From positions 8,214 through 72,213 of the forward strand of contig JAZRSA010000020.1 of NCBI GenBank assembly GCA_045651205.1: DNA of 64,000 bases, given 5' to 3'. Source of the DNA: Clostridia bacterium. GTDB lineage: Bacteria; Bacillota; Clostridia; TANB77; CAG-465. Shown here piece after piece: positions 20,347-30,247 of this stretch. Under the pieces are notes generated by a model that did not search any database, was not told the origin of the DNA, and was given only the letters and a program-made list of their open reading frames with translations. The position numbers and the translations under genes were made by a program. How positions within the stretch are numbered: position 1 is the stretch's first letter; each line of letters opens with the position of its first letter.

Positions 20347-21351
20347 ATGAATAAAGATATTAAAACAAAAATTGGGTTATCACTTATAATGCTAGCTCAA
20401 ATGGCATTTCTTATAACGATATTATGTACTATTAAATCAGCTTTGGGCGATGTTAGAACGGATAATTTGGGATTTTCAATATTTATCATGGTTATAATGT
20501 TTGCCGCATTGTTAGGGGATAAAATTAAATATACCAAGAAATATTTACTTGTAGGAAATGTGTTTTTGTTTTTGCTGATTCCAACCATGTTTTTTAGAAT
20601 AACAACAATACTAAATATATTGTTGCTAATATTTATAAAACAAGAGAAGAGAGAGAAAATCAATTTTAAAGAAGCGGCTAAACAACTATCAATAGAGAAC
20701 TATAATGTAAGAAAAAAAGACTGGGTATTAATTATAATACTTTTGGTAACGTATTTTGGACAAAATTTTATAAAAGAAGAGTGGCTAGAAATTTTATCTC
20801 CAATAATGTTAATAGTATTTACAATAGGATTGCATTTGCTGCTTATCATATTAGCAATAGCAGCGTTTTATAAAGAAATTAAAGAAGGAATAAAAATAAT
20901 AGTAAAGAATTTCAGATTAACAGTTAGATATATGTTAAAACTATTTATAATAATGCTTATAGCAATGTCTGTAGCAACGTTGATATCTACGTCGATAACA
21001 AATAAAATGACATCTGTAAATCAACAAGCTATTGAAAGTCTACCGCTATATATAGCGGCTCCGCTTGCGGTGTTGTGGGCACCTTTTGTAGAAGAAGCAA
21101 CATTTAGGGGTGCGTTTAAAAAAATAATAAAACATAAGTCGTTGTTTATAATAATATCAGGCTGTATATTTGGATATATGCATGCTATAAATGAGGCATC
21201 GTTATTAATAGCGTTGGCTACATCGTTGCCTTATGCGATTATAGGTATGGTGTTTGCTTATTCATATGCAAAGACGAACAATTTGGCGATAAATATATTA
21301 TTCCATTTGTTATATAACTCGCTTGCAGTACTAGTATCAACATTGAAATAA
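20347..21351 (+). CDS. CPBP-family intramembrane glutamic endopeptidase (CAAX protease-like)
   Basis: Multi-TM protein with motifs EEATFRG, FGYMH and HLLYN. Confidence 0.8.
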   Translation: MNKDIKTKIGLSLIMLAQMAFLITILCTIKSALGDVRTDNLGFSIFIMVIMFAALLGDKIKYTKKYLLVGNVFLFLLIPTMFFRITTILNILLLIFIKQEKREKINFKEAAKQLSIENYNVRKKDWVLIIILLVTYFGQNFIKEEWLEILSPIMLIVFTIGLHLLLIILAIAAFYKEIKEGIKIIVKNFRLTVRYMLKLFIIMLIAMSVATLISTSITNKMTSVNQQAIESLPLYIAAPLAVLWAPFVEEATFRGAFKKIIKHKSLFIIISGCIFGYMHAINEASLLIALATSLPYAIIGMVFAYSYAKTNNLAINILFHLLYNSLAVLVSTLK

Positions 21352-21497
21352 TTTAAAAATAAAATAAAAAGAATAAAAGTAGAGTAAAATCTAGTTTTAT
21401 TCTTTTGTATATATAGCAAAATAACTAACGCTACTTGACATAATCTTAAACTTGCGTTAAAATATTTAATTAGAGTTTTAATGAAAGAAGGAAATTT

Positions 21498-23309
21498 ATG
21501 AAAAATATAAGAAACGTTGCTATTATAGCTCACGTTGATCATGGTAAAACAACGTTAGTAGATAGCTTATTACATCAAAGTGGAATATTTAGAGATAACG
21601 AAGTAGTATCTGAAAGAGTAATGGACTCTGGAGATATAGAAAAAGAAAGAGGAATAACAATCTTATCTAAAAACACATCAGTTATGCATGATGGAGTAAA
21701 AATTAACATAGTAGATACTCCAGGACACGCAGATTTCGGTGGAGAAGTTGAACGTGTACTTAAAATGGTTGATGGTGTACTTTTAGTTGTTGATGCATTC
21801 GATGGACCAATGCCACAAACAAGATTTGTTTTAAGTAAAGCATTATCTTTAAACATTATGCCTATCGTTGTAATAAACAAAATAGATAGACCTGGTGCAA
21901 GACCAACAGAAGTTTTAGATGAAGTATTAGAACTATTTATGGATCTTAATGCAAACGACGATCAATTAAACTTCCCAGTAGTTTATGCTTCTGGTAAGAG
22001 TGGATTTGCAAGATATAATGTTGAAGACACAAACGACAATATGGTACCAATATTTGAAACAATAATAAAATATGTTCCAGAACCAACTGGAAGCAAAGAT
22101 GAACCATTACAATTATTAGTATCTAATATAGACTATGATGACTATACAGGAAGAATTGGTGTAGGCAGAATTGAACGTGGTGTAATTCATGCTGGTGAAC
22201 AAGTTGCGTTATGTAAAAAAGATGGAAGCATCCAAAATGTTAAAATAGGTAAAGTATATACATATATGGGACTTAAGAGAACAGAAGTTGAATCTGCAGA
22301 ATGTGGAGAAATAGTTTCAGTAACAGGTGTTACAGGAATAAACATTGGTGAAACAATAGCTGATGTAAATAACCCAGAAGCAGTTCCTTTTGTAGATATA
22401 GATGAACCTACAGTTTGTATGACATTTAGCGTAAACAATGGACCTTTTGCAGGTAAAGAAGGTAAATATATTACTTCTAGACACATTAGAGATAGATTAT
22501 TCAAAGAAGTTGAAACAAATGTATCTTTAAGAGTAGAAGAAACAGATACTCCGGATTCATTCAAAGTATATGGTCGTGGAGAATTACACCTTTCAATACT
22601 TATTGAAAATATGAGAAGAGAAGGATTTGAATTATTAGTTTCTAAACCAACAGCTATTAGCAAAATAATAGATGGTGTAAAATGTGAACCTATGGAACAA
22701 GCAACAATAGACGTACCAGATGAATACGTTGGTGTTGTAATGGAAAAAATGGGTAACAGAAAAGGTGAAATGACTAATATGGGACCTTGCCCAACTCAAG
22801 TTGGATATACAAGATTAGAGTTCAAGATACCATCAAGAGGACTTATTGGTTACAGAAGTGAAATACTAACAGATACAAAAGGTCTTGGAGTATTAAATAG
22901 TATATTTGCTGGATTTGAACCAGATCGTGGAGAAGTTATAACAAGAACTCACGGAACAATTATAGCTTATGAACAAGGTAAATCTACAACTTATGGATTA
23001 TACAATGCACAAGAAAGAGCAACTTTATTTATTGGAGCTGGTACTGAAGTGTATATTGGTATGATAGTTGGAGAAAACTCAAGAAGTGAAGATATGATTG
23101 TTAACGTATGTAAAGAAAAACACTTAACAAATACAAGAGCTTCTGGTAGTGATGATGCATTAAAATTAACACCACACAAAGTACTTTCTCTAGAACAATC
23201 ATTAGAATTTATTGAAGATGATGAGCTTGTAGAAATTACACCAGAAAATATTCGTCTAAGAAAGAAAATACTTGATCCAACAAAGAGATTAAGAGGAATC
23301 ACAACTTAG
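21498..23309 (+). CDS. typA: Translational GTPase TypA/BipA
   Basis: [34 protein letters not shown]. 603 aa. Promoter TTGACA-17-TAAAAT upstream. Confidence 0.95.
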   Translation: MKNIRNVAIIAHVDHGKTTLVDSLLHQSGIFRDNEVVSERVMDSGDIEKERGITILSKNTSVMHDGVKINIVDTPGHADFGGEVERVLKMVDGVLLVVDAFDGPMPQTRFVLSKALSLNIMPIVVINKIDRPGARPTEVLDEVLELFMDLNANDDQLNFPVVYASGKSGFARYNVEDTNDNMVPIFETIIKYVPEPTGSKDEPLQLLVSNIDYDDYTGRIGVGRIERGVIHAGEQVALCKKDGSIQNVKIGKVYTYMGLKRTEVESAECGEIVSVTGVTGINIGETIADVNNPEAVPFVDIDEPTVCMTFSVNNGPFAGKEGKYITSRHIRDRLFKEVETNVSLRVEETDTPDSFKVYGRGELHLSILIENMRREGFELLVSKPTAISKIIDGVKCEPMEQATIDVPDEYVGVVMEKMGNRKGEMTNMGPCPTQVGYTRLEFKIPSRGLIGYRSEILTDTKGLGVLNSIFAGFEPDRGEVITRTHGTIIAYEQGKSTTYGLYNAQERATLFIGAGTEVYIGMIVGENSRSEDMIVNVCKEKHLTNTRASGSDDALKLTPHKVLSLEQSLEFIEDDELVEITPENIRLRKKILDPTKRLRGITT

Positions 23310-23318
23310 TAAAATGAG

Positions 23319-23347
23319 AAACAGCGGCTAAATTAGCCGCTGTTTTT
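23319..23347. terminator. Bidirectional terminator
   Basis: AAACAGCGGCTA-AAT-TAGCCGCTGTTT with flanking A and T runs. Confidence 0.8.
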
Positions 23348-23368
23348 GTGTAACTTAGAAGTTTGCTT

Positions 23369-23713
23369 TTATACAAAAATCCAAGTGCGAAGTTTCGACG
23401 TATCGTTTGCAGGTGCAATGGATATGCGAAGTGGTTCGGGGGTGCTGCATGAAACTCGAATCATCTCGGCAACTAAAGAACCTTTTAAAATTCCGCGGAA
23501 CGGATGGGGTTTGGTTGTGTACTCGATGATGAGTTTGTATTTTGCGTTGGAATTTACTATTCCGCCGCCGATAGAATCTCGGATCATTTCGACCCAAGCA
23601 CCTTTTTGGTATTCGGGGTTACCCGAACACTTGGTTGGATCAAATACGGTTACCCGTACATTGAAGTCTCCTTCGCGAAGAAGTTTGGTGATTGCACAAT
23701 TTCTAGTTAGCAT
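23369..23713 (-). CDS. Hypothetical 114-aa protein (GC-richer orphan)
   Basis: AGGAGGT lies 7 nt before the ATG. Promoter TTGACT-17-TATAAT upstream and a terminator downstream. Three other ORFs overlap it, which I read as compositional shadows. Confidence 0.6.
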   Translation of the reverse strand: MLTRNCAITKLLREGDFNVRVTVFDPTKCSGNPEYQKGAWVEMIRDSIGGGIVNSNAKYKLIIEYTTKPHPFRGILKGSLVAEMIRVSCSTPEPLRISIAPANDTSKLRTWIFV

Positions 23714-23885
23714 GTGCGTTACCTCCTATAAATTATTAATAGATTAGGCTCGATGTGAACCTAATGTTAATTATAACACGTTTGGCATAAAAAGTCAATC
23801 TAAGGGCAAAATAGTAAACATAACTATTGAAAAATATAAATCTTGTGATATAATCTATTTATCCAAAAATAAAGGAGATGTATGT

Positions 23886-24353
23886 ATGATTATACGGACA
23901 AGGCGGCTTGTATTAAGGCCGTTTGAAACAGCAGATGTAACATGGTACTACGATGTAATTAAGAATACGGATATGATAACAAGACTTAAAAGTCTTGAGG
24001 CGAAGGATGAAAGTGAAGCAAAAGAGCATATTGCTATTTTTGCTAATGGGGACTTCAAGAATGATTTTTACTGTGTCATAACAGATAAGAAGAAAAACGT
24101 TATGGGTCTCATTATTGCAGTAAGACTTACGCGGATGACGATGGATGTTTCTTATTTCTTGAAGGAGGAATATCGTCATAACGGATATATGCAAGAGGCG
24201 CTCGCTGCAGTAGTCGAAGCAATCCGTGATGAGAATCCTTTGGCGAGAATAAGACTTGAAATTGAAAAAGATAATATTCCGTCTCTTAATATCGCTAAAA
24301 GAATGTCTGCAATAATGCAGGATAATGGCGATAAATTCATGTGTTACATCTAA
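23886..24353 (+). CDS. GNAT-family N-acetyltransferase (RimJ/RimL-like)
   Basis: 155 aa. N-terminus RRLVLRPFE and the acetyl-CoA-binding region RHNGYMQEAL. Promoter TTGAAA-16-TGaTATAAT upstream. Confidence 0.7.
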   Translation: MIIRTRRLVLRPFETADVTWYYDVIKNTDMITRLKSLEAKDESEAKEHIAIFANGDFKNDFYCVITDKKKNVMGLIIAVRLTRMTMDVSYFLKEEYRHNGYMQEALAAVVEAIRDENPLARIRLEIEKDNIPSLNIAKRMSAIMQDNGDKFMCYI

Positions 24354-24547
24354 AAAAATAGGGCTTCTGATATAAATATCAGGAGTCCTTTTGTTTATGT
24401 AAACATCAATGCTTAAAAAGTATTATAGTTTTGTAACAAAAATGTAATAAAAATGTTGACTAAAAAGCCACTAAATGATATAATGATTAAGCGTATTTGT
24501 GGATTTTGTAATTCACGTATGAGATATTAACAAGGAGGTGAAGTCAA

Positions 24548-24961
24548 GTGCCAACATTTGCGCAATTAGTAAGAAAAGGAAGACATGATAAAACTACTAA
24601 ATCTAAATCACCAGCTCTTCAAAGAGGATTAAACTCTAGAAAGAAGAAAGTAACTCAAGTTTCTTCTCCACAAAAGAGAGGTGTTTGTACAGTAGTTAAA
24701 ACACAAACTCCTAAAAAGCCTAACTCAGCGTTAAGAAAAGTAGCCAGAGTTAAACTTACAAATGGTATGGAAGTTTCTGCATACATTCCAGGAATCGGAC
24801 ATAACCTACAAGAACACAGCGTTGTTCTAATTAGAGGAGGAAGAGTAAAAGATCTTCCAGGTGTTAGATATCACATAGTTAGAGGTGTACTAGATACAGC
24901 TGGTGTAGCTGGTAGAGTACAAGCTAAATCTAAATATGGAGCAAAGAGAGCAAAAAAATAA
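24548..24961 (+). CDS. rpsL: 30S ribosomal protein S12
   Basis: GTG start. [11 protein letters not shown] ... KKPNSALRK. Promoter TTGACT-17-TATAAT at about 24456..24484. Confidence 0.97.
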   Translation: MPTFAQLVRKGRHDKTTKSKSPALQRGLNSRKKKVTQVSSPQKRGVCTVVKTQTPKKPNSALRKVARVKLTNGMEVSAYIPGIGHNLQEHSVVLIRGGRVKDLPGVRYHIVRGVLDTAGVAGRVQAKSKYGAKRAKK

Positions 24962-24971
24962 TCTAACATAA

Positions 24972-25520
<549 letters not shown>

Positions 25521-25541
25521 ACCAAGGATAGGAGGAAGTTT

Positions 25542-27626
25542 ATGGCAGGTAGAGAATATCCTCTTGAGAGGACAAGAAATATCGGTATCATGGCTCACAT
25601 CGATGCTGGTAAAACAACTACTACTGAAAGAATACTATTCTATACAGGAAAAACTCACAAATTAGGAGAAACTCACGATGGTGGAGCTACAATGGACTGG
25701 ATGGCTCAAGAACAAGAAAGAGGTATCACAATTACTTCTGCAGCAACAACTTGTTTCTGGAACGATAACAGAATAAACATTATCGATACTCCAGGACACG
25801 TTGACTTTACAATCGAAGTTGAAAGATCTCTAAGAGTACTTGACGGTTCAGTTACAGTACTATGTGCTAAAGGTGGAGTACAACCACAATCTGAAACTGT
25901 ATGGAGACAAGCAAACAAATATAAAGTACCAAGAATGATATACGTTAACAAAATGGATATCATGGGTGCAGATTTCTATAGATGTGTAGAACAACTTAGA
26001 AACAGATTAAAAGCTAACGCAGTACCAATCCAATTACCAATAGGTAAAGAAGATTCATTTAGAGGTATTGTAGACTTAGTAGAAATGAAAGCTTATGTAT
26101 ATTATGATGAATTAGGTAAAGATATCAGATGTGAAGAAATTCCAGCAGATATGTTAGCTGATGCAGAAAAATATAGAAGCGAATTATTAGATCATATAGC
26201 TGAGTTCGATGAAGAAATCATGATGAAATATCTTGAAGGTGAAGAACTTACTATAGATGAAATCAAAAAATGTATAAGACAATCAACAATAGAAAACAAG
26301 ATGGTTGCAGTAACTTGTGGTACATCTTACAAAAACAAAGGTGTTCAAAAGCTACTTGATGCTATAGTTGACTATATGCCATCACCACTTGATGTTGAAC
26401 AAATTAAAGGTGTTAACGAAAACGGTGAAGAAGAAGAAAGACCATCTTCTGATACAGAACCATTCGCAGCACTTGCATTCAAGATTGCAACAGATCCATT
26501 CGTTGGAAAACTTACATTCTTTAGAGTATACTCTGGAACACTAGAAGCTGGTTCATATGTATACAATGCAAACAAAGGCAAGAAAGAAAGAATCGGAAGA
26601 ATTCTTCAAATGCACTCAAATGAAAGAAAAGATATAGATAAAGTTTACGCTGGAGATATCGCTGCAGCAGTTGGACTTAAAGATGTATTTACTGGAGATT
26701 CATTATGTGATGAAAAACACCCAGTTGTACTTGAATCTATTGAATTCCCAGACCCAGTTATTTCTATAGCTATTGAACCTAAATCAAAAGCTGACCAAGA
26801 AAAAATGGGTATAGCATTATCTAAACTTGCTGAAGAAGATCCATCATTCAAAACATATACTGATGGTGAAACTGGTCAAACAATAATTGCTGGTATGGGT
26901 GAACTTCACCTAGACATAATAGTAGATAGATTAAAACGTGAATTCCACGTTGAAGCTAACGTAGGTAAACCACAAGTTGCTTACAAAGAAACTATTAAGA
27001 GAGCAGTTAAAGTTGAAGGTAAATTTATTAGACAATCTGGTGGTAAAGGACAATACGGTCACGTATGGTTAGAAGTTGAACCACAAGAAGCTGGTAAAGG
27101 TTACTCATTCGAATCTAAAATCGTTGGTGGTGTTGTTCCTAAGGAATACGTTAAACCAACTGATGAAGGTATTAGAGATGCAATGAAGAGCGGTATACTT
27201 GCTGGTTACCCAGTTGTTGACGTTAAAGTTGCACTTGTTGATGGTTCATACCACGATGTTGACTCATCAGAAGCAGCCTTCAAAGTAGCAGGTTCTATGG
27301 CGTTCAAAGAAGCTTGCCGTCAAGGTGGAGCAGTATTACTTGAACCAATCATGAAAGTTGATGTAATAGTTCCTGAAGAATATATGGGTGATGTTATAGG
27401 TGACATCAACTCAAGACGTGGAAGACTAGAAGGTATGGAAGCAGATTCTGGAACACAAACAATCCATTCATTTGTACCATTATCTGAAATGTTCGGATAC
27501 GCTACAGACTTAAGAAGTAAAACTCAAGGTAGAGGTGTTTACTCAATGGAACCAAGTCACTATGAAGAAGTTCCAAAATCAGTACATGAAGCTATTGTTG
27601 GCGCTAGAGCTAAGAAAGAAGACTAA
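25542..27626 (+). CDS. fusA: Elongation factor G
   Basis: [28 protein letters not shown], 694 aa. Confidence 0.97.
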   Translation: MAGREYPLERTRNIGIMAHIDAGKTTTTERILFYTGKTHKLGETHDGGATMDWMAQEQERGITITSAATTCFWNDNRINIIDTPGHVDFTIEVERSLRVLDGSVTVLCAKGGVQPQSETVWRQANKYKVPRMIYVNKMDIMGADFYRCVEQLRNRLKANAVPIQLPIGKEDSFRGIVDLVEMKAYVYYDELGKDIRCEEIPADMLADAEKYRSELLDHIAEFDEEIMMKYLEGEELTIDEIKKCIRQSTIENKMVAVTCGTSYKNKGVQKLLDAIVDYMPSPLDVEQIKGVNENGEEEERPSSDTEPFAALAFKIATDPFVGKLTFFRVYSGTLEAGSYVYNANKGKKERIGRILQMHSNERKDIDKVYAGDIAAAVGLKDVFTGDSLCDEKHPVVLESIEFPDPVISIAIEPKSKADQEKMGIALSKLAEEDPSFKTYTDGETGQTIIAGMGELHLDIIVDRLKREFHVEANVGKPQVAYKETIKRAVKVEGKFIRQSGGKGQYGHVWLEVEPQEAGKGYSFESKIVGGVVPKEYVKPTDEGIRDAMKSGILAGYPVVDVKVALVDGSYHDVDSSEAAFKVAGSMAFKEACRQGGAVLLEPIMKVDVIVPEEYMGDVIGDINSRRGRLEGMEADSGTQTIHSFVPLSEMFGYATDLRSKTQGRGVYSMEPSHYEEVPKSVHEAIVGARAKKED

Positions 27627-27754
27627 TTGTACTTAAAAAATTAGAAAAAACGGTTAATGACTTGCAAAAAATATTTTTGTGTAGTACAATGACCTTAAAT
27701 AATGTGCAAACATTAACCGTTAATTATATTTATAAAAATAAGGAGGAAAATAAA

Positions 27755-28957
27755 ATGGCAAAAGCTAAGTTCGAAAGAACAAAACCACATTGTAATGTTG
27801 GAACAATCGGTCACGTTGACCACGGTAAAACAACATTAACAGCAGCTATAACTAAAGTAGCAGCTTTAAACAATGGAGCAGAATTCAAAGCATATGATCA
27901 AATAGATAACGCTCCAGAAGAAAGAGCAAGAGGAATCACAATTTCTACTTCTCACGTTGAATATGAAACAGACAGAAGACACTACGCACACGTTGACTGC
28001 CCAGGACACGCTGACTATGTTAAAAACATGATCACTGGTGCTGCGCAAATGGATGGTGCAATACTAGTTGTTTCTGCAGCTGATGGTCCAATGCCACAAA
28101 CTAAAGAACACATACTACTTGCTAGACAAGTTGGTGTTCCTTACATCGTAGTATTTATGAACAAATGTGACCAAGTTGACGATCCAGAATTATTAGAATT
28201 AGTTGAAATGGATATCAGAGAATTATTAACTAAGTATGATTTCCCAGGAGATGATACTCCAATAGTTAAAGGTTCAGCTCTTAAAGTTCTTGAATCTTCA
28301 TCAACAGATCCAAATGCACCTGAATATGCTCCAATCAAGGAATTATTAGATGCAGTTGATAGCTTTATTCCAGATCCAGAAAGAGATACAGATAAACCTT
28401 TCTTAATGCCTATCGAAGACGTATTCACAATCACTGGTCGTGGTACAGTTGTTACAGGTAGAGTTGAAAGAGGAACATTAAAAGTTGGTGACGAAGTTGA
28501 AATCGTTGGTCTTGCTGACGAATCTAAGAAAACAGTTGTTACTGGTATCGAAATGTTCAGAAAATCTCTAGATAGCGCTGAATGCGGAGACAACGCTGGT
28601 GTTCTATTAAGAGGAATTCAAAGAAACGAAGTTGAAAGAGGTCAAGTTCTTGCTAAACCAGGTTCTATAACACCTCATACTGAATTTGAAGCTGAAGTTT
28701 ATATCCTAACTAAAGAAGAAGGTGGAAGACATACTCCATTCTTTAACGGATACAGACCACAATTCTATTTCAGAACAACTGACGTTACAGGTATAATCGA
28801 CCTTCCAAAGGATAAAGAAATGGTTATGCCAGGTGAAAACGTAACTATGAAAATTAAGTTAATAACTCCAATAGCTATTGAAAAAGGACTTAAATTCGCT
28901 ATCCGTGAAGGTGGTAGAACAGTTGGTTCTGGTTCAGTATCTAACATCATTGCTTAA
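27755..28957 (+). CDS. tuf: Elongation factor Tu
   Basis: ATG at 27755 after AGGAGG, giving [28 protein letters not shown]. Internal promoter TTGCAA-17-TACAAT upstream. The track ORF 27662.. is an extension. Confidence 0.97.
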   Translation: MAKAKFERTKPHCNVGTIGHVDHGKTTLTAAITKVAALNNGAEFKAYDQIDNAPEERARGITISTSHVEYETDRRHYAHVDCPGHADYVKNMITGAAQMDGAILVVSAADGPMPQTKEHILLARQVGVPYIVVFMNKCDQVDDPELLELVEMDIRELLTKYDFPGDDTPIVKGSALKVLESSSTDPNAPEYAPIKELLDAVDSFIPDPERDTDKPFLMPIEDVFTITGRGTVVTGRVERGTLKVGDEVEIVGLADESKKTVVTGIEMFRKSLDSAECGDNAGVLLRGIQRNEVERGQVLAKPGSITPHTEFEAEVYILTKEEGGRHTPFFNGYRPQFYFRTTDVTGIIDLPKDKEMVMPGENVTMKIKLITPIAIEKGLKFAIREGGRTVGSGSVSNIIA

Positions 28958-28983
28958 TTTGTATAGATATATGAATTTTACAG

Positions 28984-29010
28984 AAAAACACATCGAAAGA
29001 TGTGTTTTTT
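28984..29010 (+). terminator. Terminator of the str operon
   Basis: AAAAACACATC-GAAA-GATGTGTTTTT followed by further T residues. Confidence 0.85.
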
Positions 29011-29080
29011 TGTTGTAATATGGTGTATAATAACAAAGTATTAAACACAGACTCTAAAAATAATTTATAGGAGGATATAC

Positions 29081-29353
29081 ATGAGCAAGTTTTTTACGGA
29101 AAAAGAAATGGATACCTTGCAACTATTTAGAAAGCAAGGCGGAATATTTCTTAGAATTTATGTAAATGAAAACCGGGTGGAAATCCTTGTAAGTGATGGT
29201 AATTTGGGATACAAACATTATCAGGAACTGGATAGTTATATGGCTAGAAAGGTAAAAGAAGCATATGCGGCTCAAAATGAGTATCATGCGCCACTTATTA
29301 GAGGAACATATGATGTTTCGCTGGCTTGGTTTATAGTTCACTTTGGTGGTTAA
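29081..29353 (+). CDS. Hypothetical 90-aa protein (GC-richer orphan)
   Basis: AGGAGG lies upstream of the ATG, with terminators on both sides. No family recognised. Confidence 0.5.
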   Translation: MSKFFTEKEMDTLQLFRKQGGIFLRIYVNENRVEILVSDGNLGYKHYQELDSYMARKVKEAYAAQNEYHAPLIRGTYDVSLAWFIVHFGG

Positions 29354-29379
29354 CAAGCACATAGGATATTACGCTGAGA

Positions 29380-29411
29380 AAATAACACGGAAAATTTCCG
29401 TGTTATTTTTT
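29380..29411. terminator. Bidirectional terminator
   Basis: AAATAACACGG-AAAATTT-CCGTGTTATTT followed by TTT. Confidence 0.8.
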
Positions 29412-29957
29412 GCTTATTCCATAAATGATGAATGGTTGTGCGAGAGGCATAAATATACTTAATACAAGAAGCGAAATGGCGTATTTAGGTGTTTTCATCT
29501 CGTATATTCTATAAAGTAATCCTAGCTTGCAAACTATGAATAAAATGGTTGCAAATGGTCCAACATAAGGTAAGAATGAAGAAAGTAACAGTGCTGGTAA
29601 TAAATATTCTGGGTGGTCAACATCTACACCGAATATTCTAGTTCTTTTAAGGATGATACCGTATATAAAGAAGCAGCCAAAAGGAATGAATGCTAGCCAT
29701 GCAAAACTTCTATTGTTATTTCTAGCTAAGTTATATAATCCTATAGAGCGGATAAAATATAACACAAGAATAGCTAGTGTAGTAAATATAAGTATTAAAG
29801 AAATAGTACTAATAATTGAAGTTAAACTAGACCAGTTAATATTCATAACCTGTTCATTCGTAGGAACATTTAACACATCATTTAACCAGTTCATAAATCT
29901 ATTAAACATTTGATTTAATTTAATTGGAATAATAGCAGTCTCATTAAAAATATTCAT
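29403..29957 (-). CDS. Hypothetical integral membrane protein
   Basis: I place the start at the internal ATG at 29957 (MNIFNETAI...). About 4 hydrophobic helices. The upstream 52 codons of the track ORF run through the (AC)n tract and look non-coding. Confidence 0.55.
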   Translation of the reverse strand: MNIFNETAIIPIKLNQMFNRFMNWLNDVLNVPTNEQVMNINWSSLTSIISTISLILIFTTLAILVLYFIRSIGLYNLARNNNRSFAWLAFIPFGCFFIYGIILKRTRIFGVDVDHPEYLLPALLLSSFLPYVGPFATILFIVCKLGLLYRIYEMKTPKYAISLLVLSIFMPLAQPFIIYGISKK

Positions 29958-30014
29958 AAAATCTAATCCTTTCGTAAATATTATGTGGACAATGTGGAAA
30001 AATATAATAAAAGA

Positions 30015-30043
30015 TTTACAAAAATATGAATTTGATATACAAT
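30015..30043 (+). promoter_or_regulatory. Candidate sigma-A promoter for the small leader ORF
   Basis: TTTACA (30015..30020), 17-nt spacer, TACAAT (30038..30043). Confidence 0.45.
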
Positions 30044-30067
30044 AAAAACATATAAAGGGGTAAACAA

Positions 30068-30130
30068 ATGATAAAAAACGCTGAAAGCCTTGCGGCTGTA
30101 CACACACACACACACACGTACATTTACTAA
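30068..30130 (+). CDS. Candidate 20-codon small ORF / leader peptide MIKNAESLAAVHTHTHTYIY
   Basis: AAAGGGG lies 7 nt before the ATG. The (AC)9 tract encodes the HTHTHT run. The stop codon sits inside the 5' arm of a terminator hairpin. Confidence 0.3.
   Translation: MIKNAESLAAVHTHTHTYIY
30100..30117. repeat. (AC)9 dinucleotide microsatellite
   Basis: ACACACACACACACACAC read directly from the sequence. It is the only dinucleotide run of this length that I noticed in the window. Confidence 0.95.
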
Positions 30131-30155
30131 TGAAAAAACATTAGTAGCGTTTTTG
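30125..30155 (+). terminator. Terminator/attenuator hairpin 1
   Basis: TACTAATG-AAAAAA-CATTAGTA followed by GCGTTTTTG. Confidence 0.5.
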
Positions 30156-30177
30156 CACCCAAAATATAAGAAAGATT

Positions 30178-30224
30178 AGCAAAGTAACACATACTTATAG
30201 GTATGTGCTGCTTTGCTTTTTTGC
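30178..30224 (+). terminator. Terminator/attenuator hairpin 2, immediately upstream of the RBS of the next gene
   Basis: AGCAAAG..CACATAC-TTATAG-GTATGTG..CTTTGCT followed by TTTTTG. Confidence 0.55.
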
Positions 30225-30247
30225 ATACAAAAAGGAGGTATGAGAAA

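Noticed and set aside
23346-23747. A GC-rich ~400-nt patch with four overlapping ORFs on both strands looked like a possible structured RNA gene (RNase P RNA, tmRNA or similar).
   Set aside because: I found no RNase P (GAGGAAAGTCC) or tmRNA (tRNA-like acceptor/T-arm) signatures. The minus-strand 114-aa ORF has a consensus promoter, AGGAGGT at ideal spacing and a downstream terminator. I therefore call it protein-coding and treat the other three ORFs as compositional shadows.
30068-30130. Reading the HTHTHT leader peptide as a classical His/Thr amino-acid attenuator.
   Set aside because: The downstream gene is a surface protein, not an amino-acid biosynthesis operon, and Firmicutes normally use T-boxes for that purpose. 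I kept only the generic leader and phase-variation hypotheses.
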